The notes below the pieces were generated by a model. It saw only the letters and a program-made list of their open reading frames with translations, made no database searches and was not told the DNA's origin. Both the position numbers and the translations under genes were made by a program. A stretch of 64,000 bases of DNA from a virus (taxonomy: Duplodnaviria > Heunggongvirae > Uroviricota > Caudoviricetes), in IMG/VR virus record IMGVR_UViG_3300029288_003766, positions 25,787 through 89,786 of that record; one strand, written 5' to 3'. Of this stretch, positions 9,405 through 17,967 are shown one piece after another (position 1 is the first letter of the stretch; the number at the start of each line of letters is the position of its first letter).

Positions 9405-9995
9405 CTATTTTATACGTTTTGGTATTGTTCTTAGCCGTTTCTTTAGTACAGATAATTCAGTATTTAAAAACTTATTTCTGCATTCTATTTTAGCTAAACA
9501 ATTTGAGCATTCAGAGCTGCTTGGAGCATATTCATAGCCAAAGCATTTGCTATCTATTATTTCTTTTCTTGATCGTTCCCCATCTTCTGACAAAGGTAAA
9601 ATTTTGGAGTCGGGTTTAGCTAAGGTTCCAAAAGAGTTTTTGTCCGCGAAATGTAGATAGAAAAGCATACTCTCTACTAAAGATAACTTAAAACTATTGC
9701 CGGTGGATACATTTTTGTAAATCCTACTAATAAACTCTTTGAAGAAATAGTCTGTGGTTATAAGAGGATAAACTATAATGCTAAGGAAGTCAATCACATC
9801 GTTGTCGTCTAAGTATTTCACATCAGTCCCGGAATAGTTACTTATTATTGCTTTTAAATCCTCAAACACATCGGTTCTTTTATACCATCCTTTGGCATAG
9901 AGATAAAAATGGGAATATTCGTTGATTTCATTCTTATGTCTGTTCTTGATCTGTTCCTTTGACGCTGCTTTAAAAATTGGTTTTGCTGCCCCCAT
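9405..9995 (-). CDS. hypothetical protein with PIFKAAS-EQIK N-terminal motif (196 aa)
   Basis: N-terminus MGAAKPIFKAASKEQIKNR is shared with two small plus-strand ORFs at 38441 and 38779. Confidence 0.5.
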   Translation of the reverse strand: MGAAKPIFKAASKEQIKNRHKNEINEYSHFYLYAKGWYKRTDVFEDLKAIISNYSGTDVKYLDDNDVIDFLSIIVYPLITTDYFFKEFISRIYKNVSTGNSFKLSLVESMLFYLHFADKNSFGTLAKPDSKILPLSEDGERSRKEIIDSKCFGYEYAPSSSECSNCLAKIECRNKFLNTELSVLKKRLRTIPKRIK

Positions 9996-10465
9996 ATTGT
10001 CTCCTTAAATTTAGATAAAGCAGTAGTGATTAGGAATAGCCCAGATAACGGTCCTGTCGTTAGCCAAGACCCGATTAACTTTCCCCGCCTGGTATTCTTT
10101 ATTCAAGAATTGTTACCAGGCAGCAGGTGCAATGTTAGTATCTTGGGCGCCAGTCCATTGCAAGGCGTAATTGCTTACTAGGTTCTAGCTCATTTTGTTA
10201 CGTTCTGGAGGTGATCCTCCAGGCTTCAGCTTAATACAGAACCTCGCTAGATAGGAAAGACCCATTTCTTTTTGGCATACCCAGCAGCAATTTTCAGCTA
10301 ACAAGCCGTTTATATTTTTCCCTGATAGATGATAACCAGTAAGGTTCAGAACCTTCAATTCCAACGGCCAATTATATAAGGTTATCTTCGTGCCTTCTAC
10401 CCACAGGCTCAATTTAGGCTTTTCACTACTGCTTTATCAAAGAACAAAATTAATTGTATGACTTT

Positions 10466-11023
10466 TTAACCCTCTGCTTGGTGCTCATCTGAACCTTTAT
10501 CAGATGCAACTAAAAGAGTCGACCAGTCCTTAAACATTTGTACGTCTTTGAAGAACATATAATGGTTTACAAGATCAAACCATCCCATTGTATCTTTACC
10601 GTACTTATGCTCTGCTAGGGAAGCCGCAAATTCCGTTCTTTCCTTGCAGTCTTCGGTACCTCTAGCCAGCTCTCTGATATACTTCTCGGCTTCATCAGCA
10701 TCGCTTTTGGGAGCTATGATGTAAATAGTTCGTTTGCCATCTACATCTTTCTTATCCCAAAAATCGTGGAAAGCAAATTCAATTGTAGGCCAAAAAGCCA
10801 CGAGATCTAGCTTTGACATCTCAATCAGGGCTTTGGGAATAGCTCCCCATTCATATTCCGCCGATCCCATATAATCCCAAACGCATACTTCTCCCAAAGC
10901 TTCTTTGGCTTTTTTCGATAGGCCTGTAACAGCAAGGCCAAATTTGGATAAGGCCTGAAGAGGTGTTTTTACTTCTCCTTTATATGGTGCGTTCATCCTT
11001 TGGATCAGATATGGTGGCCTCAT
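10466..11023 (-). CDS. hypothetical protein (185 aa)
   Basis: Long ORF, Trp/acidic-rich, no family recognised. Confidence 0.5.
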   Translation of the reverse strand: MRPPYLIQRMNAPYKGEVKTPLQALSKFGLAVTGLSKKAKEALGEVCVWDYMGSAEYEWGAIPKALIEMSKLDLVAFWPTIEFAFHDFWDKKDVDGKRTIYIIAPKSDADEAEKYIRELARGTEDCKERTEFAASLAEHKYGKDTMGWFDLVNHYMFFKDVQMFKDWSTLLVASDKGSDEHQAEG

Positions 11024-11033
11024 TTTATCCTCC

Positions 11034-11318
11034 TTATATTGTCTTAGTATGATCTATGTCTTCGCCTTCAGCATCACACCAATCAGTCCATTCCCCGTTT
11101 TCAAATACTTCTAATCCTTGGCCGTTACTATAATCCGGTTTAATTTTGTATTCAAGCTGGAATAGGTCATATATGGCCAAGATTTCAAGGATCTTCCTGG
11201 CTTCTTTGGGTGTTTCCACATAGACCCTAAAGGCATGCATTGGAACTTGGGGTATATGCCAAACTCTTAGTTGACCTTCTTTTATTACCTCAGGTTTATT
11301 GACATCTTGATATTTCAT
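11034..11318 (-). CDS. hypothetical protein (94 aa)
   Basis: ORF in operon orientation. Confidence 0.45.
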   Translation of the reverse strand: MKYQDVNKPEVIKEGQLRVWHIPQVPMHAFRVYVETPKEARKILEILAIYDLFQLEYKIKPDYSNGQGLEVFENGEWTDWCDAEGEDIDHTKTI

Positions 11319-11458
11319 TGCCAGCCTCCGCGGGTTTTAGGTGCTATTTGGGGGTTTCTTCTAGTCTCTTCTCCACAACAATTTCTACTAATTTAGCAAG
11401 TTTCTCCGCTGTCTTATTCATTTCTCTTACTAATTCTAATAATGCTTTTCTTTCTGAT

Positions 11459-11716
11459 TTATCCACTATTCTTCCCCCCTCTTTTATACCTACCCTTAGC
11501 TTCATCCTTCTTAAATTTATTTATATGTTTACAGGGCTTCTGCCTAAACACAAAATCTGGGCAAGTGCACTGATATTTATAGTTGCGTGTTCCATGCACC
11601 CTGATCTTGACTACATCATAGAACTTAGTAGGATCGGTAGAAGAAGTTATCCTAGTATATTTACAGGCTCCAAATTTGTTGAACTTTACTTCTCTACTAA
11701 CTACTGCTATTGCCAT
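11459..11716 (-). CDS. SWIM zinc-finger protein
   Basis: CTCPDFVFRQKPCKHI matches the SWIM CxCx(n)CxH signature. Confidence 0.6.
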   Translation of the reverse strand: MAIAVVSREVKFNKFGACKYTRITSSTDPTKFYDVVKIRVHGTRNYKYQCTCPDFVFRQKPCKHINKFKKDEAKGRYKRGGKNSG

Positions 11717-11717
11717 C

Positions 11718-11909
11718 TTACACCTCCGTAATCTGATGCCGCTGCGACCAAAGATCTGGCGCAGGATTAGGTATTCGCACTATTTTATTAAGAATAGGGA
11801 TCTTTATACCTTTCTTCTTTCTGCAGGTTTTGCACAAAGGCCTGCCTTCTCGAACATCCTCGGTGGATAACACACTACCACATTCACAAAAGCGTACTAC
11901 CAATCCCAT
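11718..11909 (-). CDS. zinc-ribbon small protein (63 aa)
   Basis: CECGS ... CKTCRKKKG. Confidence 0.4.
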   Translation of the reverse strand: MGLVVRFCECGSVLSTEDVREGRPLCKTCRKKKGIKIPILNKIVRIPNPAPDLWSQRHQITEV

Positions 11910-11919
11910 CTTGCCCTCC

Positions 11920-12105
11920 TTATTTCCTATCTAACTCTTCTTGTTCCCAATTACCTCTTAGTTCTTCGGTTTTATGCACTCCGCATACAATGCAACGATA
12001 CAATAGCTCGGTTACTGGGTACTGACAGCTTATTCCCATAGCCTGAGTAACTTTGCCTATTCTTGAAGATGTTAATTGCCATTTATGAATATGCCATCCA
12101 AACAT
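11920..12105 (-). CDS. hypothetical protein (61 aa)
   Basis: Small ORF with CIVCG. Confidence 0.35.
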   Translation of the reverse strand: MFGWHIHKWQLTSSRIGKVTQAMGISCQYPVTELLYRCIVCGVHKTEELRGNWEQEELDRK

Positions 12106-12132
12106 ATCTACCTCCTATTATATGTACTATAC

Positions 12133-12942
12133 TTATAGACTTTTGGCCAAATATTTCTCAGATCTGCGGTCGCCTTGGATCCTTTTAGCAACCTGCTTGT
12201 TTGATGGGTACTCCATCTTTATGGCTTGATTGAGCATATTAAAAATCCCCCAACCGTTGCGTTGGTTGTTTACGCTTTCTTCACCGGTAACCAAACCAAT
12301 AGCGTGGCTCTTGATGCGGTTGTTGGCCTGCTCGGTCAGGGATATGTCTTCTGGTTTCTCTTTTTTGAACTCAAAAGGCACCCATTTCTCGATAAGCCTG
12401 GTCTCTTGTTTGAGTGATAAAGGTGTTTTATGGAGCCTTTTCCAAAAGCCAAAGTCATTGTTTTTATAATTCTCCAAAGCTCCTTTGATAAGATCATCGA
12501 CCGGTATCTCACCTACGTGGATCTTCTTAAAGGTTATGGCAGAGGCCATTGCGGTAAACAACCCGTTAGTACAGACCATTCTGAAGGCACCAAAAAAGAA
12601 GGAGAAGCTTTTGGTCTTGTCGTAGGAATTGGCAATAATCAGCTTCTCTTTAATAATATCACCCTCTCCAAAATCCATTGTTCGGCCAGTGTGGAATTGA
12701 AAAATATAGGATTTGCGGTTGTGGTATTCGGTTACTTTCTCAGGAAGGCCAAACTCTTGGATGAAAGGCTCAACCAGGCGTTTGTTTTCCACCAGAGTGT
12801 ATTTGTCCGATACCTCTGATATTACCTTTTGGCACGTTGGATCTACAATGGCGTAGATCCTGTTACCTTTTTCATCATAAGCTTCTCTTTTTTCTACCGG
12901 AAAGAAAGCCCTCTGCAACGCATTCTCGATTCTGTTATTCAT
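12133..12942 (-). CDS. DUF932-like phage/plasmid protein (CTNG motif)
   Basis: Internal FRMVCTNGLF motif resembles the conserved CxNG core of the DUF932 family. I moved the start to the internal Met (MNNRIENAL) at 12942, which gives an ATGA overlap with the upstream gene's stop instead of a 127-nt overlap. Confidence 0.5.
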   Translation of the reverse strand: MNNRIENALQRAFFPVEKREAYDEKGNRIYAIVDPTCQKVISEVSDKYTLVENKRLVEPFIQEFGLPEKVTEYHNRKSYIFQFHTGRTMDFGEGDIIKEKLIIANSYDKTKSFSFFFGAFRMVCTNGLFTAMASAITFKKIHVGEIPVDDLIKGALENYKNNDFGFWKRLHKTPLSLKQETRLIEKWVPFEFKKEKPEDISLTEQANNRIKSHAIGLVTGEESVNNQRNGWGIFNMLNQAIKMEYPSNKQVAKRIQGDRRSEKYLAKSL

Positions 12943-13208
12943 TTTTCCTCCGCTTTGGCGATAGCCTCTTGAAGTATATCTATGGTATGCTTGTTTACGA
13001 ACATGTTTCGGTGTGCAATATCCTTTAATGTATCCTTTAGCGCCGTCACCAACATATCGTGGCAATTGCAGGCTCGGACAATAAACTCTGCATCTTCCTT
13101 TTTAGCCCCCATAACCACAACACCTGTTAAACTAGTTATATAGTTTGATTTTCCGAATAACGTTGTATACTCTCGAATGAAATATGGTGTTGGAGTACGT
13201 TTACTCAT
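12939..13208 (-). CDS. hypothetical protein, paralog A of a tandem pair
   Basis: MSKRTPTPY N-terminus, EDAEFIVRACNCHDMLVTALKD core and LQEAIAKAEEK C-terminus mirror the adjacent 13201-13626 ORF. Confidence 0.5.
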   Translation of the reverse strand: MSKRTPTPYFIREYTTLFGKSNYITSLTGVVVMGAKKEDAEFIVRACNCHDMLVTALKDTLKDIAHRNMFVNKHTIDILQEAIAKAEEK

Positions 13209-13626
13209 CTTTAACCTCCGCTTTGGCGATGGCTTGCTCTAATAACCGCTCACACTTTGGTGTATGATATTCTTCAAAATCATTATGCCCTCTGATATAA
13301 CTTATCGCTTCTTTACACGCCTCCAACAAATCATCGTGGCTATTACACGCCCGAGTAATGAATTCGGCGTTGGCCTTTCCTTCTTCTTGGCTGATTTCTG
13401 ATTTAGGGTCTGGTAAGGTGGGAATAATAGCTACTGTAGCCATGCCTTTAGAAATTACAGTATGATAACCATAGGGGTAAGGGTGCTTTTTCTTATTCTC
13501 AGCCTTGCTCCACTTATCATGATCTATCTGTTCACTGACTGTAGGCCCACCAATAGCAGGCGTGGTTGGACCAGTTATTCCTTCACCGTATCCGTTTACC
13601 CAGGGTGTTGGTGTATGTTTTGTCAT
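13201..13626 (-). CDS. hypothetical protein, paralog B of a tandem pair
   Basis: MTKHTPTPW, ANAEFITRACNSHDDLLEACKE, LEQAIAKAEVK mirror the 12939-13208 ORF. Confidence 0.5.
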   Translation of the reverse strand: MTKHTPTPWVNGYGEGITGPTTPAIGGPTVSEQIDHDKWSKAENKKKHPYPYGYHTVISKGMATVAIIPTLPDPKSEISQEEGKANAEFITRACNSHDDLLEACKEAISYIRGHNDFEEYHTPKCERLLEQAIAKAEVKDE

Positions 13627-13636
13627 ATCGTTTCTC

Positions 13637-13858
13637 CTATTTTACTTGATGCACGTCTGCTAACATTACAGGAGCCATTATATGTGCCATATCGTTTAAG
13701 CTATCTTTTTTAAATTCTTTTTCAAAACATTCTATTGCTAATGCAATAGCTTCATTCTTTATTTGAAACTCCTCCAGTTCAGGATGTGGCAGCATTTCTA
13801 CTTCAATCAGGTATTTAAAAGGAACTATATACTTTGCCATATTATCCTCTCCCATCAT
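13637..13858 (-). CDS. hypothetical protein (73 aa)
   Basis: Small ORF. Confidence 0.4.
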   Translation of the reverse strand: MMGEDNMAKYIVPFKYLIEVEMLPHPELEEFQIKNEAIALAIECFEKEFKKDSLNDMAHIMAPVMLADVHQVK

Positions 13859-14126
13859 TCCATTTGTGAACCCGAACTTGGTTATACAACTGTTTCTTGG
13901 CCAGTTCTATTATTACATCATTCAATACTACATCTTCTTCTTTTATTGCTTTATAATTTCTATTATCAAGACGGGAGTAAGATTTAACTATTTGAAATTT
14001 ATGACGAGGGGTTGGGCGGGTCTCTAAGCTATACCTGTCTAAAACCAGGTGAAACTCATTCTGGAAATAGAAAGTATATACTTCACGGTTTAGTTTGTCT
14101 CCTTCTTTCTGCAGTATTATTTCCAT
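13842..14126 (-). CDS. hypothetical protein (94 aa)
   Basis: ORF in operon orientation. Confidence 0.4.
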   Translation of the reverse strand: MEIILQKEGDKLNREVYTFYFQNEFHLVLDRYSLETRPTPRHKFQIVKSYSRLDNRNYKAIKEEDVVLNDVIIELAKKQLYNQVRVHKWNDGRG

Positions 14127-14137
14127 GACCCCTCCTA

Positions 14138-14518
14138 TTAGACCTTATGACCGTACCTATATAATCCTAGTTCGTTGCAACACTGTTTAAATCCCTTACC
14201 ATATCCGTTGCCACCACGGCTCATATGAAGCAAGTGGGCCAGCTCGTGTTTGAAAAGACGGGTTAGCTTGCCGTCCTTTACACAAGTCTCAGGCTTACGA
14301 CTTTTTATACAGATATAACCGCTAAACTTATCAAGACTGCCATATCTTTTCAACATCCTTTGGTTTTCTTTACCTATAATATGGCAGTGGCCAGATCTTC
14401 TGATGTTGCTACCTTCTTTACGTTCTATACAACCCCCGAGGAACGTGCCTCGGTAGCCGGCCTTGAAAATCTTCTCATAGATGTCTAATGGGATTAAGGT
14501 ATCATCAAGCAGTGGCAT
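14138..14518 (-). CDS. HExxH zinc metallopeptidase-like protein (SprT/WLM-like)
   Basis: HELAHLLH motif plus Cys/His-rich segments (GHCHIIG, CCNELG); 126 aa. Confidence 0.45.
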   Translation of the reverse strand: MPLLDDTLIPLDIYEKIFKAGYRGTFLGGCIERKEGSNIRRSGHCHIIGKENQRMLKRYGSLDKFSGYICIKSRKPETCVKDGKLTRLFKHELAHLLHMSRGGNGYGKGFKQCCNELGLYRYGHKV

Positions 14519-14527
14519 AGTGTCTCC

Positions 14528-14830
14528 TTAGAAATTATAATCGTAAAAATAAATCGGTTTATCTGAAAGTATATGAATGCCTAAATCTGATTTCCAGCCC
14601 CTTTTGCCTAATCTTGCTCTTATGATTGGAGCTGTTTCATCAGAGGTTATTTCCCATTCCTGATCTTGCTGGTTTACCATAGTACCACAAAATCCACCTA
14701 CCCTGAAATCTTTTTTCCATGGTAATTCTTTTGCTTTCATTGCTCTTATTTCAATTGTCTTGGGAGATATTTCTTTGATTACTTCGAAAGGTTTGATGTC
14801 GCTATACATATGTAGGTTTGCGTATTTCAT
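14528..14830 (-). CDS. hypothetical protein (100 aa), first gene of leftward operon
   Basis: AGGAGG RBS (reverse complement of ctcctt at 14837-14842) precedes its start codon on the minus strand at 14828-14830. Confidence 0.5.
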   Translation of the reverse strand: MKYANLHMYSDIKPFEVIKEISPKTIEIRAMKAKELPWKKDFRVGGFCGTMVNQQDQEWEITSDETAPIIRARLGKRGWKSDLGIHILSDKPIYFYDYNF

Positions 14831-15127
14831 CTGCCCTCCTTGTTAAAACTTCTATCTGAGTGTCTTTACTATATCATAGATCTTTTTGTTTGTCAAGCAT
14901 TATTTTTTCTATTTTAAGTGTTTGTTTCCAAGTAGTTATGCCTACGTTTTATAAATTTTATAAATCTATTTATGGATATTACTATAATTTTTTGTGTTTG
15001 TCAAGAACTTTTTTGTATAAGGTGTTCTAAAAATAATCATAATTTTTTCCTACTTCCCAGCTATTATATAGTAGGATGGGGTAGCAACCTTATATTACTA
15101 AAATCAAAACACAATTGGAGAAAAATT
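14831..15127. promoter_or_regulatory. AT-rich divergent control region between leftward and rightward gene blocks
   Basis: 297-bp gene-free region. It carries duplicated GTTTGTCAAG boxes (14886-14895 and 14994-15003), a TTTTATAAATTTTATAAA box at 14947-14964, and the conserved promoter-like motif at 15035-15076. Confidence 0.6.
15035..15076 (+). promoter_or_regulatory. conserved promoter-like motif copy A (ATCATAATTTTTTCCTACTTCCCAGCTATTATATAGTAGGAT)
   Basis: Near-identical 42-bp motif at 15035, 36409, 44347 and 59625. It contains a -10-like TATTAT/TATAAT and a flanking 6-bp inverted repeat CCTACT..AGTAGG. Each copy sits about 35-50 nt upstream of a plus-strand start codon. Confidence 0.55.
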
Positions 15128-15460
15128 ATGGATAATATTACTTGTCCGTATTGTAACGAAGAAGTAGAGATCAATCACGATGACGGATACGGATATGAGG
15201 AAGGAGTACTCTTTAACCAAGAGTGCGGACATTGCGATAATACTTTTACTTATACTACAGGAATAATTTTTGTTTATAAAGCTTATAAGGCACCTTGCTT
15301 AAACGGTGGGCCTCATTCTTGGAAAGATAATCAAGGATATCCTAAAGGCTATCAATCAAACCGGCATACATGTGAATGGTGTGATGAAGAGGAACTAAAA
15401 GATGATAGTCTAAAATATGATTGTAAGACTGATACTTGGATACCGGAGGAGAAAAAATGA
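15128..15460 (+). CDS. zinc-ribbon protein (110 aa)
   Basis: Start moved to the ATG at 15128, which follows GGAG. CPYCNEE, CGHCDN and CEWCDEE motifs. Confidence 0.5.
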   Translation: MDNITCPYCNEEVEINHDDGYGYEEGVLFNQECGHCDNTFTYTTGIIFVYKAYKAPCLNGGPHSWKDNQGYPKGYQSNRHTCEWCDEEELKDDSLKYDCKTDTWIPEEKK

Positions 15461-16200
15461 AAGTAGAAGGAAAAGAAGTAGAACATATAAGGGAGAATTT
15501 AACGCTTGATGATATAATAAGGAGCGTCTTTAACACTGCTCAGATGTGGACCAAATCAGCAATGCGAGGTAACGCTACAGAACAAGATCTATATAATATA
15601 GAGGAAAAGACAGTTGCTGAGGCCAAAAAAGAAATACTTGCTCTTTTGAGCACTAAAGAGGAGGGGATTAAAAAAATATTTGGGAATTTTCTGCTAGACC
15701 ATAGAGAGGTGTGGAGTTTACCTGAATGGAGTTTGATAAGAACAAAGTGGTTCAAGCTTGAAGAAGAATTTGATAGTATTCTTTGCGGCAAGAAGCCGGC
15801 TGAGGATTATATAAATAAAATAGGTGACCATGCTATGGATACAGTTTGTAAATGTAAAGAACCAATGAGAAATGACTTTACACCTCAGTGTATAGTTTGT
15901 GGTAAGAACCTTCCATCATCTGAGCCTTTTAAGGAGGTTTGCCCCTACCATAGCAAATGTGTTGGTGATCCTTGTGCTACTGGGATAAATATTTGTGATA
16001 ATCCAGAACATAACAATGAGCAGATGAAAAAACTTTGTAAATGCGAAGAGATTTGGAATAAAATTATGATTAAAGAAAGAGAACTCGAGATTGAGAAACT
16101 AGCGAAAATCATACAAGATCATTTTGGATATATTGATAGCTGGATGCGTTATATATCCTTAGCAAGCAAAATTATGGATAGAGATAAATCTGATAACTAA
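15457..16200 (+). CDS. hypothetical Cys-rich protein (247 aa)
   Basis: ATG at 15457 overlaps upstream stop (ATGA) after GGAGGAG RBS; C-terminal CKCKEP, CIVCGK, CPYHSKC cluster. Confidence 0.5.
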   Translation: MKVEGKEVEHIRENLTLDDIIRSVFNTAQMWTKSAMRGNATEQDLYNIEEKTVAEAKKEILALLSTKEEGIKKIFGNFLLDHREVWSLPEWSLIRTKWFKLEEEFDSILCGKKPAEDYINKIGDHAMDTVCKCKEPMRNDFTPQCIVCGKNLPSSEPFKEVCPYHSKCVGDPCATGINICDNPEHNNEQMKKLCKCEEIWNKIMIKERELEIEKLAKIIQDHFGYIDSWMRYISLASKIMDRDKSDN

Positions 16201-16205
16201 ATAAA

Positions 16206-16296
16206 GGGCTTGTGGCGTTCCACGAACTACCCACTCCTGACGCCGGTATAAATAGAACAATGACACGCAGGTGAATACTGCAATCCTGTCAAGCCC
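16206..16296 (+). ncRNA. structured RNA candidate, family member E1 (GGGCTTGTGGCG... closed by CAAGCCC)
   Basis: 5' GGGCTTG (16206-16212) is the exact reverse complement of CAAGCCC (16290-16296). Internal GGCGT/ACGCC helix. Shares the 5' motif with the elements at 32577 and 61620. Confidence 0.4.
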
Positions 16297-16312
16297 GCTC
16301 CTTAATAAAAAT

Positions 16313-16768
16313 ATGAAAATTACTGCAGCAGATATTCGTGAAGTTTTAAGTCATACTAACTATGACAATCTTTTTGTCCCCGAATTTACTTGGGGAGGTT
16401 TAAGAATAGATGCTATTTTAATAGATACTGATCATAGGTGGATAAGGGGGTATGAGATAAAAGTTGACAGGAAGGACTTCTTGAAGGATAATAAGTGGGT
16501 TGACTACTCTACTTTTTGTTCTTCATTATGTGTTGTATGCCCGGAAGGTCTTATCCAGCCCGAGGAGATCCAAAAGCCTTTTGGCCTGATTTGGATCAAC
16601 AACAGATCTTATGATAGGATACAATATAAGAAGAAGCCTTCTAATTTCCAGCGTAGGAATAGCCTCGCTTGGTTATACACATATGTCAGGGTGCTGGAAA
16701 CAGAATTTAGAAGGATATATTTTTCTCAGCAAAATCCAATTATAGTAGAGACAACTAAAGATAAATAA
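16313..16768 (+). CDS. PD-(D/E)xK nuclease-fold protein (MmcB-like)
   Basis: RIDAILID ... GYEIKVDRKDF gives a D / ExK arrangement. I preferred the ATG at 16313 to the track GTG at 16271 because 16206-16296 forms a closed RNA-like structure. Confidence 0.4.
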   Translation: MKITAADIREVLSHTNYDNLFVPEFTWGGLRIDAILIDTDHRWIRGYEIKVDRKDFLKDNKWVDYSTFCSSLCVVCPEGLIQPEEIQKPFGLIWINNRSYDRIQYKKKPSNFQRRNSLAWLYTYVRVLETEFRRIYFSQQNPIIVETTKDK

Positions 16769-17958
16769 TGATAGATATAAGAGTAGGTAATTGTTTAGAT
16801 AAGTTAAAAGAGATCCCAGATGATATTATTGATTCTTGCATCACCAGCCCACCATACTACGGACTTCGAGATTATCAAACAGCTACCTGGGAAGGTGGAG
16901 ATCTTAATTGCGATCATAAGGGAAAACCTTTTGCTACCAAGAAAAATGTTAATAAAAATACCGGCGGTCGGGATGTAAAAAATATAGAAGATAGAGAATT
17001 TTTTAAGGATATATGCAGGAAATGCGGGGCAAAGAGAAAAGATGACCAAATTGGGCTTGAGCAGACTCCTGATGCTTATGTAGAGAAGCTGGTTCAGGTA
17101 TTTAGGGAAGTTAGGCGCGTATTGAAGCCTACCGGAAATCTCTGGCTTAACTTGGGTGACTCATTTTCCGGTAGCAGGGGAAATAGAGGCAACGATATAA
17201 AAGAAGATATAGCATGGAAGAGAAAAGGTACAACACCAGATAAACGTCCAACAGCTTCTGTTGTGGGTCTAAAACCAAAGGATCTTATCGGAATTCCTTG
17301 GATGGTAGCGTTTGCTCTAAGAGCAGACGGTTGGTGGCTACGGCAGGACATAATTTGGCAAAAATCGAATCCTATGCCAGAATCAGTTACAGACCGCTGC
17401 ACTAAATCCCACGAGTATATCTTTCTGCTCGCCAAATCACAAAAATATTATTTTGATCATAAAGCAATAAGAGAACAGGGATCTGCTGATCAAATCCCTA
17501 GGCTTATGCGTGGTGTATCAGAGACCCACAAGAATGTAGATGGTGCACCTGGCCAGACCCCCCACAGTATGAACAAGCCTAGGAAAAATTTCAAGAAAGA
17601 AATGGGCGGAGGTGGAACATCTTTCATTAATCATAGCGGGTATTATAAAGCTGACGGCACCCTGATTTCAGATGGGATGAGGAACAAGCGTGATGTTTGG
17701 ATAATAAGTACAAAGCCGTTTAAAGAGGCACATTTTGCTACCTTCAGCAAAGAGTTAATTTTGCCTTGTGTCTTGGCCGGCTGTCCAAAAGACGGAACTA
17801 TTCTTGATCCATTTATGGGAAGTGGCACAACAGGTGTAGTAGCCAAAGAGAACAACCGTAATTTTATTGGTGTAGAGTTGAATCCCGCTTATGCTGAGAT
17901 GGCACGGAAGAGAATAGATAATGCTATCAGTAATTCATTATTAGACTTTATAAAATAG
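16768..17958 (+). CDS. DNA methyltransferase, beta-class amino-MTase (SPPY motif, likely N4-cytosine or N6-adenine)
   Basis: Motif IV TSPPYYG near the N-terminus and motif I DPFMGSGTTGVVAKE near the C-terminus, a beta-class arrangement. No cognate restriction enzyme seen. Confidence 0.8.
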   Translation: MIDIRVGNCLDKLKEIPDDIIDSCITSPPYYGLRDYQTATWEGGDLNCDHKGKPFATKKNVNKNTGGRDVKNIEDREFFKDICRKCGAKRKDDQIGLEQTPDAYVEKLVQVFREVRRVLKPTGNLWLNLGDSFSGSRGNRGNDIKEDIAWKRKGTTPDKRPTASVVGLKPKDLIGIPWMVAFALRADGWWLRQDIIWQKSNPMPESVTDRCTKSHEYIFLLAKSQKYYFDHKAIREQGSADQIPRLMRGVSETHKNVDGAPGQTPHSMNKPRKNFKKEMGGGGTSFINHSGYYKADGTLISDGMRNKRDVWIISTKPFKEAHFATFSKELILPCVLAGCPKDGTILDPFMGSGTTGVVAKENNRNFIGVELNPAYAEMARKRIDNAISNSLLDFIK

Positions 17959-17967
17959 AGGATAAAT

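Noticed and set aside
10185-10412. 75-aa minus-strand ORF in the 9996-10465 region
   Set aside because: No RBS, and it sits in a region dominated by perfect hairpins. Left uncalled as a CDS, though not excluded.
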